Shown here in pieces: positions 36,663 through 51,448 of a stretch of DNA of 64,000 bases. Under the pieces are notes generated by a model. That model was not told the DNA's origin. It saw only the letters and a program-made list of their open reading frames with translations, and did not search any database. The stretch spans positions 66,092,001 through 66,156,000 of the forward strand of contig OX597830.1 of the NCBI GenBank assembly GCA_951406725.2. Direction: 5' to 3'. The position numbers and the translations under genes were made by a program. This DNA comes from Octopus vulgaris. Its lineage: Eukaryota. Positions within the stretch are counted from its first letter, which is position 1; every line of letters starts with the position of its first letter.

Positions 36663-38513
36663 TTTTAAAATCTGTCTGTAACCCAGTGAATAAGTTATTA
36701 TCTTTTAGTTGGGAAATAAAAGTTCCTGCTTTGAATCCAATCTAATAGTATGTGGTTGTTTGTCCTTCATTTTCAAAAATGATCAACACTCTACCACTTA
36801 CACACTGCAACAACAGAATGTGCAGCTACACAAGTAACTACTTGAGGTGCTGTGCAATGGGACTGAACCCCAAACCACATGATTGCAAAGTGAGCTTCTT
36901 AACCACACAGCCATGTTTTGAAGAAGCACTGGTATTGGATTGCAGTGAGAGAGAGAGAGCTGTGCCAAATGAATGGCTCCACAACATCCACTCCCCCTTA
37001 TCATCTTGAATCAGACAAGCTGAGATGATGGAATGAATAGCAGGGATTCAGTGGAACAGCCAAGGGGATAAAGTTGTCTCAGTGTGAGAGAGTATCAGAT
37101 GTTGTGTTGTAAGAAACTATTTCTATCCAAATTCTTTGTCCAAGCAATGATTAATAGTGACTATGACAACGAGATAATTAGCATTCTCAGCCATTCATGT
37201 TGTAGAAATGCTTATATACATACATTACAATATTGACTTCCATTTAAGAAATTGATCAAGACATAGATGTGGTTGTATGATTAAGAAGGTGGTTTCTCAA
37301 TCACTTGGTCTCAGGTTCAGTCTTCCACGTGGAATCTTGGGCTAGTGTCTTCTACTTAAGCCCCAAACTGACCAAAGCCTTGTGAGTAGATTTCAGCTTT
37401 CACCATGTTGTACACTCTCTGAAGTGTTTGGCATTAGGAAGGGCATCCAGCTATAGAACATGGTGCATGATGCAGTCCTCCAGCTCATCAAACTAGCCAG
37501 CCTGTACTTACTTAGGAGCCAGATATATTATTATGATGCTTATGATGATGTTGAAGAGAATCAAAACTAAACACAGATATTTAACCTGCTTGTACTAACT
37601 TTTCTGACAGCTTATGGACATCCAAAACTTTGTTTTCATAATCATCTCAAGCAGTCTCTCATTTTATGGGTGTCCCTCCCAATTATTTGGAGGCCCTGGC
37701 CATTAATTACAAGGCATGGAGGTCTGTGTGTGATGCTGGAGTAGAGTGCTTTGAAACCCAAACCCTGGAGACTGCATGAAGAGAGGAGGTGACATCGTCA
37801 TCAAACCCCTGCATCTGTTGTTTGGGGTCACTCTCAGTACTATCAGCACCACAGGATCTGCCTTTCTTGTCTCAGCCATGTCCACTCCCATGAGGAATAA
37901 TGCACTGGAGGCAGAAGAGGATGAATGTCTTGGATCAATACTGTTACCACCTTTGATGGGCCGTCATAAACAGCATAACTCTTAATGTTGTCTAAAGCAG
38001 GTATAACACTTGAGCTTTATAACGAGAAGGAAATGAGATGATTTGTTTGTCTGTTAACAATGTAACTGAAGTGTTTCTAATTAAGAAATGAGACCAGGAC
38101 AGGGAGTTGATTTATTGCTATTAGCAAGGTACTCGACTATTCTTAATTATGTAGGTACTTAATAAGATGTGCCAAAACTTATTAATACAATGTTTGTTTA
38201 ATGTTTTATTGATTTCAGTTGACTGAGGTCATGCTGGAGCAGTGCTTTCTAGGGCATAGTTTATTAGGCGTAGATGTGAGTGCTTATTTTATAGGTCTCA
38301 TAGAGATGAAAGGAAATATGGGCCTCAGTGAGAGTTGAACTCAGAGAGCAGGCATGGTTTGGGGTTCAATCCTACATAGCACCTTGTCAAATGTCTTTCA
38401 TAGTTTCAGGCCAGCCAAAGTTTTGTTAGTGCGTTTGGAAGAAGGAAACTGAAAGAAGCCCATTATGTTTGAGCGCTTGTGTCTTTTTGTCTTGATATCA
38501 CATAATTGTTATA

Positions 38514-39322
38514 AATGAATGCCATTCTTATTTCTTTATTGCCCACAAGGGGCTAAACACAGAGGGGACAAATAGGGACAGACAAAAGGATTAAGTCAAT
38601 TACATCAACCCCAGTGCATAACTGGTACTTAATTTATCAACCCCGAAAGGATGAAGGGTAAAGTCGACCTCGGCAGAATTTGAACTCAGAATGTAACAGC
38701 AAACGAAATACCTATTTCTTTACTACCCACAAGGGGCTAAACACAGAGGGGACAAACAAGGACAGACAAAGGGATTAAGTCGATTATATCGACCCCAGTG
38801 CATAACTGGTACTTAATTTATCAACCCCGAAAGGATGAAGGGTTAAGTCGACCTCGGCAGAATTTGAACTCAGAATGTAACAGCAAACGAAATACCTATT
38901 TCTTTACTACCCACAAGGGGCTAAACACAGAGGGGACAAACAAGGACAGACAAAGGGATTAAGTCGATTATATCGACCCCAGTGCATAACTGGTACTTAA
39001 TTTATCAACGCCGAAAGGATGAAGGGTAAAGTCGACCTCGGCAGAATTTGAACTCAGAATGTAACAGCAGACGAAATACCTATTTCTTTACTACCCACAA
39101 AGGGCTAAACACAGAGGGGACAAACAAGGACAGACAAATGGATTAAGTCGATTATATCGACCCCAGTGCGTAACTGGTACTTATTTAATCAACCCTGAAA
39201 GGATAAATTGACCTTGGAGGAATTTGAACTCAGAACGTAACAGCAGACAAAATACCGCTAAGTATTTCACCCTGGTGTGCTAACGTTTCTGCCAGCTCAC
39301 CGCCTTTAATGAATGCCATTCT
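38514..39322 (-). repeat. SINE B tandem tetramer (184-bp period) inside one TSD
   Basis: Units start at 38529, 38713, 38897 and 39081. 15-bp direct repeat AATGAATGCCATTCT at 38514-38528 and 39308-39322. Confidence 0.9.
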
Positions 39323-42294
39323 GCAGAAACCTGTCTGGCCATGAAGAAATACCACTTTGCCTGAACACAGATAAGGGTTAGCAACAGGAAGGGCATTTGG
39401 CTGTAGAAAATCTGCCTCAGTAAACTCCGTCCAACCCATGCAAGCATGGAAAAGTGGACGTGTAAATGTGATCCAAATAAGGGCATAATTAAATAGCATA
39501 TGATATTTTGTCTACCACTCTACCAGTTCTGTCATCCACTCTCCTTGTTCTTTTATTCTTTTACTTGTTTCAGTCATTTGACTGTGGCCATGCTGGAGCA
39601 CCGCCTTTAGTCGAGCAAATCGACCCCAGGACTTATTCTTTGTAAGCCCAGTACTTATTCTTTCGGTCTCTTTTGCCGAACTGCTAAGTGACGGGGACGT
39701 AAACAAACCAGCATCAGTTGTCAAGCAATGCTAGGGGGACAAACACAGACATACACACACAAACACATACATATATATATATACATATATACGACAGGCT
39801 ATTTTCAGTTTCCGTCTACCAAATCCACTCACAAGGCATTGGTCGGCCCGGGGCTATAGCAGAAGACACTTGCCCAAGATGCCACGCAGTGGGACTGAAC
39901 CCGGAACCATGTGGTTGGTTAGCAAGCTACTTACCACACAGCCACTCCTGCGCCTGTTATTATTATTTTTTTTTTTAATTAATATTCTTATTTAAGATTG
40001 TAAATAAAAAGTATAGACCAGAACAATTCTATTTCACAAAATTATGGAATTACAAACAATAGGTTTTGAGTAATGTGCTCCGAACAACAGATTGTATAAC
40101 ATAGCATTTGATTTCTTTTGTTTCTTGTTAAGGGTGTAATATCTATGAGCAATAATGATTAAATAATATTTATTGCTGAGGTTATTGTCATCGTCATTGT
40201 TAATGCTTTCACTACAAAATTAAATTTCATGGTTATTTCAGTAATGGTGTTAAATATCTATTAAAAAGTAAGATTGGTATTTTCAGCACATCACGTTGCT
40301 TCAATAATCTTGACATATCTCAAGAGAAAATGGCTTCAAACATGACATTCCTCAACAAAAGATAAATTGGTATTTAAAACTGCTTTCTGCTGTAAAAGAG
40401 TTTAAAATGGTGGAGTGACAGCAATTATAGTCATGGATAACTGCACGGCAAACAGCATTTAGCTATTGTCTTCTATGTTCTGCATTCAAATCTTGTTGGT
40501 GTTGACTGCAGTTCTCAACGAAAAGTACAAGTTTGCTGGACCATACTATATATGAATGGTCTTGTGCCTCTGTAAGAAATTGCCATTATCACCATCATCG
40601 TCGCTATTGATTAAGGTTCGAGAAAATATATGAAGATTCACTCCTTAACATTTTATTTTCACTGGATGCCCTTTTCTCCTGATTACCCTGTCATATCTAT
40701 CATCAACGCTCCTTTTTTTTCTCTGTCATTCTCTACATCTACCCCACCCACCCCCGGACACCACAAAAAGCACATATTGCCTACAGCAATATGATTTAGA
40801 ATTGAAATTGTAGTTGTGCTGGAATCGTAGTTGTGGATGGTGCCAGTAACATGTAGAGACATCTATGCCGGTGACTCATAAAGGTACCCATGCCGGTGAC
40901 TCATAGAGGCACCTGTGCCAGTCACACATGAAAGACACCCAATGTCAACCACTCAAGAGTGGTTGACATTAGGAAGGGCATCCAGCCATAGAAACTAAGC
41001 CAAGATCAGTTTGGAACCTGGTGCAGCTCTCCAGCTTGCCAGTTCCAGCCAAACTGTCCAACCCATGCCAGCATGGAAAGCGTATGTTAAGTGATGATGA
41101 TGATGATGATGATACAATAATGACTCCTACAAGACTGGTCCTTCACTTAGTGTTTATCTGAGAGTCAGGCAAGTTGTACTTGGATTAGCCTCAAGGTCAC
41201 TGTCTCTCTCTGACAAATTCCTGTTAAGAAAGGGAACAGAACTAATCTTTTAAGAATTACTTTGTGTGTGTGTGTGTGTTGAAGTCCAGAATCTCTCTTT
41301 TTTTGCCATCTAGCTTAATTTAATCACCAATTTCTATCTGGGTTATTATTTTCTCTAAATATTTATTTCCTGTCAGATTGTTTTATCTTATCTAAACTCC
41401 ATCACACCTAAGTGCAATCCACTGTCTGTCTGTTTTAGGACTTCCTTATCTGGTAATTGCATCCAGTCCTCCCACCACCACCACCACCCCACCCATCCCC
41501 ATCAGCACCTTTCTTTTCCATTATCAAATACTCCACAATTTTTAATCCTAAATTTCATCATAATGATTTTTCTTTTCTCCCCCCCACACTTAAACGAAAT
41601 GCTGTTTTTACCAAAGAGCCTAATTGATCACTTTTCTTTGCAAACAGCTTCAAGTCATAAATCATCATCATCATCATCATAATAATAATAACCATCATAA
41701 TCATTATCGTTGTTGTTGTTGTTGTTGGATGGTACCAGACGTCTTGGTAACTATTCCAGTTTTTGTTTTCTTCGTCTTATTTTTACTTTATACGTTGCTA
41801 CTTGAATTTGGCAAGCATTTCAAATCAATAAAATTCATTATCGTCTTTAGCTTATGTGAAATTCTTTACTTTCCCCAATAAATGGCCAACTTGTGTTCTT
41901 GAATCGGTTCGTGTGCCATCAGGTTCATTGTAGACTTGTGGTGGTCCCTTGGATTTCTTCCCTCTTTTTAGATTTTAATGAAGGAACACCTCATTTGGAA
42001 GGGCAGTTATTTAAAATTGAAGTTCTTTTTTTGAAATTTATTTCAGTTCATTATCATCATCATCATCATCGTCCTTTTAGTGTTCACTTTTCCATGCTTG
42101 CTTGAGTTCAAATGGAATTCATTCAGGCAGAATTTCTACGACTAGATGCCCTTCCTGTCACCAACCTTTATATATTTCCAAGCAAGGTAATATTTTCCCA
42201 TGACCAGATGTGTTTCTCTATGGACAGTGTAAATAATAAAAGTACTACCCCACTACCACCACATATACATACATACATACACACATACATACTT

Positions 42295-42329
<35 letters not shown>

Positions 42330-42491
42330 TACTGTAGAGTAGCATAGATTGCATGAAGCATTATCTGATGTAGATGTTTTCTTTATTTTCTTTAAAGCCA
42401 AAACAATGCAAATTATAAGAAGTAATACAAATTAATAATTTGTATTTTTATCTTGTATTTCAATATTTTGTGGTCAGGACTAAGTTCTGTA

Positions 42492-42522
<31 letters not shown>

Positions 42523-42675
42523 CACAGACACACACTCAGAGAACAGAAGAGAGAAGTTACCTCACAACACCACACCGTATCTTGAAAGGTTTCCTAAAGA
42601 AGAGGTCCTAATCTCAAAATATTTCAATATTACAACATAATAAAGGTACAAACCATCGACTTGTATTATTTCATA

Positions 42676-43107
42676 CTAGCAGCATAGCCCGGCGTTGCCC
42701 AGGTATGTAAGAGCCCCTAGTAGGCAACGACTAATCCCAATCTAGTCCTTTCCCTCTAGGGAACGAAGGCGCATGTGTAGGTTGCAATGTCTTCTCTTCA
42801 CTCGAATACTTCTGTGTATACAATATTCCTAGCTGTCCCTTTGGGCGATAAAAAGGTCGAGTTGTGTCCCCTAGACAGAAAATGTGTTGCATATAAAAAG
42901 CTTAGATTCTCGACCCCATGTCGAATTTATCGATTTATTTTAGAACTGGGGGAACTTTTCAAAATTTTCGCTGTGTTAGTTTTGAATTATGACATTGGGC
43001 TATGTGTGTGTCAAATTTCATCAGAATCGGTTGAAAGCCGTGGTCAGGGTGAGGGTACAACCTGACAGACACACAGACAGACAAACTGCCGTTTATATAT
43101 AGAGAGA
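42676..43107 (-). mobile_element. Non-autonomous Helitron
   Basis: Reverse-complement termini: A|CTAG at 42676, hairpin gcccggcgttgcccagg, and tttatatatagagaga|T at the other end. Confidence 0.85.
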
Positions 43108-43735
43108 TAATTGCTTTGACTTGGCCTCATCATCATTTAAAAGCTGTTTTCCAAGCTGGCATAGATAGAACAGTTTGACTGAAACAAGCAAATCAGAAGA
43201 CTACATCATGTCCTGCTGTCTGTTTTGGCATGGTTTCTATGGCTAGATGCCTTTCCTAATGCCATCCACTTTACAGAGTGTACTGGGTGCTTTTTATGTG
43301 GCACCAGCAGTTGTGAGATCACCAAGTAACTTGCAAAACAAGACCCCTCAACTGGGAGTAGTACTGGGGGACAGAAAAGGTGTTTTGCATTAGAAGAGAG
43401 ACATGGCTTTCTCAGATGGAGAGGAGAAAGAGAAAGACGGGGAAGATGTGACAAAGAGGAGGCAGGGGCCTAAGTTACAGGGTGGTGTTTATAGTGAAGT
43501 GGACTGGGGTTTATATATATATATATATACTTTTATTTGTTTCAGTCATTTGACTGTGGCCATGCTGGAGCACTGCTTTTAGTCGAACTGATCGACCCCA
43601 GAACTTATCCTTTGTAAGCCTAGTGCTTATTCTATCGGTTTATTTTGCCAAACCGCTAAGTTACAGGGACGTGAACACACCAGCATCGGTTGTCAAGTGA
43701 TGGTGTTGGTACAAACGCAGACATACAAACATGTC

Positions 43736-43769
<34 letters not shown>

Positions 43770-45079
43770 CACACACACACAGACGATGGGCTTCTTTCAG
43801 TTTCCATCTACCAAATCCACTCACAAGGCTTTGGGCGGCCTGAGGCTATAGTAGAAGACACTTGCCCAAGGTGCCACGCAGTGGGAATGAACCCGGAACC
43901 ATGTGGCTGGTAAGCAAGCTATTTACCACACAGCCACACGTGCGCCTATGGCTACAAATTCTAATGTATGACCTGCTATATTTTCTTGAAGTGCATCGAC
44001 TGTAACAAGAGATAGCAGTGAAATCATTTTGAATGGAAGTGTTTGTTAGTGGCTGACATTCCACTGCAAAGCACACTAAAAATCTTGTCATCATCAACAA
44101 ACTATGGATATGTGTTTACAGCTGTGTCAGTGTTATTATCAAATGAATGGAGTAGTTGGTCACAAAATGTAGTTTGTTTACCGTTTAGCATTTAAACCAG
44201 CACGTAAAAAGCACCATCCGATCGTGGCCATTGCCAGCCTCGCCTGGCCCCCGTACCTGTGGCACGTAAAAAGCACCATCCGTCCGTGGCACGTAAAAAG
44301 CACCATCCGTCCGTGGATATTTGCCAGCTCCGTCTGGCACCTGTGCGGGTGGCACGTAAAATGCACCCACTACACTCACGGAGTGGTTGGCGTTAGGAAG
44401 GGCATCCAGCCGTAGAAACACTGCCAGATCAGACTGGGCCTGATGCAGCCTTCTGGCTTCACAGACCCCAGTTGAACCGTCCAACCCATGCTAGCATGGA
44501 AAGCGGACGCTAAATGATGATGATGATGATGATGATGATAACTGGCCCAAGTATTCTGCCTGTTTTATGTCCAAACTGGTCAAATCCAGGCTCTCGCACC
44601 TATCTTACAATATCATTCTAAAAATAAACCATCCTATCAGTGAAATTACAAAAGCTCCAAGATAAAGCATGACTAACTGAAAACAATGTGAATAAATCAG
44701 CATTACATTTGACAGGGAAATCTGAATGCTTGAAGGGTTAAATTTCAGCTTAGTATAAATGCTTCTATTCTACATCTGATCATTTCCGTTTTCTGGTCAG
44801 CTAAATATAAACCTGTTCATTCTCTTTCTCACTGACTCTTTGAACATCTCTTTCGTAATGTTTGGTATGGAATCCTATTACTCTTTACTCTTTTACTTGT
44901 TTCAGTCATTTGACTGCGGCCATGCTGGAGCACCACCTTTAGTCGAGCAACTCGACCCGGGACTTATTCTTTGTAAGCCCAGTACTTATTCTATCGGTCT
45001 CTTTTGCCGAACCGCTAAGTGACGGGGACATAAACACACCAGCATCGGTTGTCAAGCAATACTAGGGGGACAAACACAG

Positions 45080-45134
<55 letters not shown>

Positions 45135-48100
45135 CATATATACGACGGGCGTCTTTCAGTTTCCGGCTACCAAATCCACTCACAAGGCTTTGGTCGGCCC
45201 GAGGCTATAGTAGAAAACACTTGCCCAAGGTGTCACGCAGTGGGACTGAAGCCGGAACAATGTGGTTGGTAAGCAAGCTACTTACCACACAGCCACTCCT
45301 GCTAAATATAAACCTGTTCATTCTCTTTCTCACTGACTCTTTGAACATCTCTTTCATAATCTTTGGTATGGAATCGTATTATGGACATTGTTTATCCCTT
45401 TAGCATTCAGATTACTCTGTTAAATGTAATGCTTATCTAGTCACATTGCTTTGAATTAATCATGCATTATCTCATGGCTTTGAGATTTCAATAATGTGAT
45501 TGTTTATTTTTAGAATGACATTGTAGGGTAGGCATGAGAGGCTGGATCTGGCCAGTTTGAACTTAAAGCCAGAAGAATATTTTGGCCTGAGATGGTCTGT
45601 TTAAATGCTAAAGTGTTATATATCCTGATACATGACAGACAACAAGATAAAATCTCTCTATGTATTTATTAGTTTCAGAAATCTGCCTAATTCCTCTTCT
45701 GATTTGAGCAACCTGACAAAATTCTCTTCCAATTTGAGCAATCTGACATACTTTTTGGTGAAAAGTATGCCAGATTATTCGGACACAGCTTACTTTGGGT
45801 AAAGCTGTGCTGATTCTATGAGATGAAAGAAAATATGTTCATGTGATTCTTGATGTTTATATTTTGATCAATTTGATAAATTTAATCAATGTAAGGGAAG
45901 CGTGTTTATAGCACCTTCCGAAAATAAGTTTTATGCCATCATTCCTCTAATCTTGTTGAATACTTGGCTTTAGTATTAATATAAGGGTTTTCAAAATGTC
46001 TAGCTAAGTTATGGGACAGTGTGCAAATGTCCTGATTTGGATTTAGATTATTTCGGAGTTAAAACCAAATTTGTGGAATAAAAGTTGCTATCATTCAGAA
46101 ACTTACTAACAAATGTCATATAGATATAGATGTATGCCCATGCATGGACAGTGTAGAAAATGATAAGATTTAATCATTTTGATAGCAGTGGCATCTAAGA
46201 CAGCAAGCTGGTAGAATTGTTAGCACACCAGGCAAAATGCTTAGCGACATTTCGTCCAACTTTATGTACTGAGTTCAGATTCCACCAAGGTCGGCTTTGC
46301 CCTTCATCCTTTCAGGGTCAATAAAATAAGCACCGGTTGAGTACTGGGTCAGTGTTATCAACTTACCTGCTCCCCTAAAACTTACTGGCCTTGTGCCAAA
46401 ATTTGAAACTAATATCAATGGCATCTCCTCATTTTGGGTTTCATGTGCTTTATATATTTACTTAGGCTGCAGGTGTGATTTTTGTGTTTAAATAGTTCAT
46501 TTCCCAACTACGTGGTTTTAGGTTCAGTCCCACTGTGTGGTACATTGGGCAAGTGTCTTCTTGAGCCTCAAGCCAACCAAAGCCCTTTATTGGGTTTGGT
46601 TACCAGAAACTGAAAAATGCCTATCATGTATGTATACGTGTGTGTGTGTGTATATCATCATCATTTACCGTCTGCTTTCCATGATGGCATGGGTTGGACA
46701 GTTTGAATGGAACTGGTAAGCCAAAGAGCTGCACCAGGTTCCAGTCTGATTTGACATGGTTTCTATGGCTGGATGACCTTCCTAACACCAACCACTCCAA
46801 GTGTGTAATGGGTGCTTTTTACATTCCACCAACATACATACACACACACACACACATACTAGAACAGAACAATCAGAAGTTGTTTTGGTCAGAGGGGTAG
46901 GGTACAGACTGGTCCAACTATCTGAGTGTAGTGGAGCAGACGGCCATACTATGCAGCACTGCTTTGTCTGCTCTTTACTAATGCAAGTATTGCAGTTCAA
47001 AAGACCCTGCAGAGTTCTGTAGAAATGTAAAAAAAAAATTTTTTAAGAGGTGGGGGGACCGTGTCAAGAAATGGTAAACTGTCTTGTAACTATTATAATT
47101 CAAAGAATCAAAAAAAGATCAGGTAATCTCTTAAGAACAAACAGTTTGTGGGTTTATTAAATACATTGGGATGAGGACGTATTTGGTTGTATTTATGTAG
47201 CTTGTATCAGTATGATACGAACAACATCAATAAAGAATATCCCTTGGAATTTAATTTTTGCCTCAAAATTACTCTGTTTTTGAAATTTGTGGTTATGACT
47301 GGTGCCATCTGAATACAATTCGATATAGCTCTCACCTTTCAAAATTCTACACTTTTATCTGAATATTTTTATTTTACAAAAATTAGCTTATTAGGCGCAG
47401 GAGTGGTTGTGTGGTAAGTAGCTTGCTAACCAGCCACATGGTTCCGGGTTCAGTCCCACTGCATGGCATCTTGGGCAAGTGTCTTCTGCTATAGCTCCGG
47501 GCCAACCAATGCCTTGTGAGTGGATTTGGGTAGACGGAAACTGAAAGAAGCCTGTCGTATATATGCATATATATGCGTGTGTTTGTGTGTCTGTGTTTGT
47601 CTCCCGGGCATTGCTTGACAACCAATGCTGGTGTGTTTATATTCCCGTCACTTAGCGGTTCGGCAAAAGAGACTGATAGAATAAGTACTGGGCTTACAAA
47701 GAATAAGTCCCGGGGTCGATTTGCTCGACTAAAGGCGATGCTCCAGCATGGCCGCAGTCAAAAGACTGAAACGAGTAAAAGAGTAAAGAGTTATTATTAC
47801 TTCTGTTACTTATATTTATGCCTTGAGTAAGAAGTCCAGCTTTGCCATCTCTATACACTGCTTTTGCTTTTTACTTACAGCTTGTCATTTGATAAATGCT
47901 ACACCTACCGTCTTTTATATCAGAAAACATCTTAACATCTTTTCATATTCAACTCTAACATATTTACGAAGCTCTTTTCCTGCTTTTTTGTCCTTGTCCA
48001 CTCCTATCCTTTTCCTGTTATAATCTGTCAGTGTATCAAATGCTCACTCTGCCACTGACTTAACTGCAACCAGGATGTCTGCTCTATTCACAGAACTGAT

Positions 48101-49837
48101 GTCTGAGACTTGCAGTAATGTTAAATTCTTACAGATGCATCCTCTTGCTGCTAGTTCCCTGTTTGTGCACATATCTGCCTCTCTACATCTGCACTGCGAA
48201 ATTTGACCTTTTACATAAATGCTTTCTGTATTCATACTCTCTCACTTTTCGCTTACTGCATTCTTCAAATGTGTTGCTGTTAGAGGCATGTCTTCTACTA
48301 CCATTAATATTATTGTTGTCGTCATTGTTGTTGTTATTTATATATTAGAAAGGTGGCAAGCTGGCAGAATCCTTAGCATGCCAGGCGAAATGCTTAGCAG
48401 TATTTCGTCTGCCGTTACATTCTGAGTTCAAATTCCACTTAGGTCGACTTTGCCTTTCATCCTTTCGGGGTCGATAAATTAAGTACTAGTTACGCACTGG
48501 GGTCAATGGAATCGATTTAATCCGTTTGTCTGTCCTTGTTTGTACCCTCTGTGTTTAGCCCCATGTGGGTAGTAAAGAAATAGGTATTTCGTCTGCCACT
48601 ACATTGAATTCGAATTCCTCTGAGATTAACTTTGCCTTTCATTCTTTCAGGGCCAATGAAATAAGTACCAGTTATGTACTGGGGTTGATGTAATCGACTA
48701 GCCCCCTTCCCCACAAAATTTTCAAGGCCTTGTGCCTAGAGTAGAAATAATTATTTATATAAGAGTGTGATGAAAGACAAACTCCTCACCTGAAATTGTT
48801 GACAGGTGTACACATGCTCATGCACACCCACACACACAAACACATACATATATTCTTGGCATCATAAGAATTCCATTTTTGCTCTCCAAAATGGTTTTCA
48901 ACCTAATAATTTACAAGCTATCATATATAAATTTATGTACATGTTTCAAGATGTATTGTTTATACCAAAATAGAATTTCTATGTGTGTGTGACTTTGTTT
49001 GTGTTTGTCTCCATAGCACTGCTTGACAACTGGTGTTGGTATGCTTATGTCCCCATAAATTAGCAGTTCAGCAAAAAAAGTCCAATAGAATGAATAACAG
49101 GCTTTAAACAAAACAGTCCTGGGGTTGGTCCAGTCGACTAAAAATTCTTCAAGACAGTGCCCCAGCATGGCCACAGTCTAAGGACTGAAACAAATAAAAG
49201 ATAAATATATATATATATATATATATAATATAGGTGTAGGAGTGGCTGTATGGTAAGTAGCTTGCTTACTAACCACATGGTTCCATGTTCAGTCCCACTG
49301 CGTGGCACCTTGGGCAAGTGTCTTCTACTCTCGCCTTGGGCCAACGAAAGCCTTGTGAGTGGATTTGGTAGATGGAAACTGAAAGAAGCCCATCGTATAT
49401 ATGTGTATATATATGTGTGTGTATATGTTTGTGTGTGTGTGTTTGTCCCCCCAACATCACTTGACAACCAATGCTGGTGTGTTTACGTCCCCGTAACTTA
49501 GCAGTTCGGCAAAAGAGAATGATAGAATAAGTACTAGGCTTACAAAGAATAAGTCCTGGGGTCGATTTGCTCAACTAAAGGCAGTGCTCCAGCATGGCCA
49601 CAGTCAAATGATTGAAACAAGTAAAAGACATTATATATATATATATATATAGGCACAGGAGTGGCTGTGTGGTAAGTAGCTTGCTTACCAACAACATGGT
49701 TCTGGGTTCCGTTCCACTGCCTGGCACCTTGGGCAAGTGTCTTCTACTAATGTCTCAGGCCGACCAGAGCTTTCTGAGTAGATTTGGTAGATGGAAACTG
49801 AAAGAAGCCTGTCGTTTATATATGTGTGTGTGTGTGT

Positions 49838-50960
49838 GCTTTATCCTGTTTGTATATGAATCATTACTGTGGTAGTGGTTGTTTTCCTTATGTATTTTTG
49901 TTTTTTTTTTGTTTATTCTTCAGTTACATTACATCCTATTTCAACATTTCAACAAATGGCTCTTATTAATAACATTAGATGTTACTAACTGCAGGAGAAG
50001 GCATATCACTGGTAAAAACTCTGTGAACAAAATTTTTGTCTAAGACGCAGTGAGGATGGCCATCTGTATAAACAGTATGGTGGTGGTGTTGGTGGTTGTG
50101 GTGGCGGTGGGGAAATGGTTTTGCAGCTGCCTTGTGCATGCTGTTGTTGATTGTGGTTCTAATGCTCTTGTATCAATCTATTTTGGTGCTAACATTGGTT
50201 ACAGTTAGCTCTGGATTATAGGAATCGTTTCATATACCTGTATGTGCATGCATGCATCTGTATGTGTGTGTGTGTGCGCTGACAAATCCTGGGATTCTGA
50301 CACATGGTAAAACCGCTGTGAATAAAGTATTAATACCAATTGTGGATGTGTTTTGCTTAATGAATCATGTTATACACACTTGCACTAAAATATCTGTCAC
50401 AATGTATATAAATAAAACGTGTGTGTGCATGTATATATAGGCACAGGAGTGGCTGTGTGGTAAGTAGCTTGCTTACCAACCACATGGTCATGGGTTCAGT
50501 CCCACTGCGTGGCACCTTGGGCAAGTGTCTTCTACTATAGCCTCGGGCCAACGAAAGCCTTGTGAGTGGATTTGGTAGATGGAAACTGAAAAAAAGACCA
50601 TCATATATATGTGTGTTGGTAAGTAGCTTGCTTACCAACAACATGGTTCCAGGTTCAGTCCCACTGTGTGGCACCTTGGGCAAGTGTCTTCTACTATAGC
50701 CTTGGGCCGACCAAAGCCTTGAGAGTGGATTTGGTAGATGGAAACTGAAAAGACGACCATCATATATATGTATATATGTGTGTCTGTGTTTCCCCCCCAA
50801 CATCGCTTGACAACTGATGCTTGTGTGTTTATGTACCCATAACTTAGCGGTTCAGCAAAAGCGACTGATAGGATAAGTACTAGACTTACAAAGAATAAGT
50901 CCTGGGATCGCTGCAGTCAGATGACTGAAACAAATAAAAGGATGTTTGTGTTTGTGTGTG

Positions 50961-50995
<35 letters not shown>

Positions 50996-51413
50996 GCTTT
51001 ATCCTGTTTGTATATGAATCATTACTGTGGTAGTGGTTGTTTTCCTTATGTATTTTTGTTTTTTTTTTTGTTTATTCTTCAGTTACATTACATCCTATTT
51101 CAACATTTCAACAAATGGCTCTTATTAATAACATTAGATGTTACTAACTGCAGGAGAAGGCATATCACTGGTAAAAACTCTGTGAACAAAATTTTTGTCT
51201 AAGACGCAGCGAGGATGGCCATCTGTATAAACAGTATAGTGGTGGTGTTGGTGGTTGTGGTGGCGGTGGGGAAATGGTTTTGCAGCTGCCTTGTGCATGC
51301 TGTTGTTGATTGTGGTTCTAATGCTCTTGTATCAATCTATTTTGGTGCTAACATTGGTTACAGTTAGCTCTGGATTATAGGAATCGTTTCATATACCTGT
51401 ATGTGCATGCATG

Positions 51414-51448
<35 letters not shown>

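Noticed and set aside
38529-39304. Regularly spaced repeats resembling a CRISPR array
   Set aside because: Whole 184-bp units are repeated with no unique spacers, there are no cas genes, and the context is eukaryotic.
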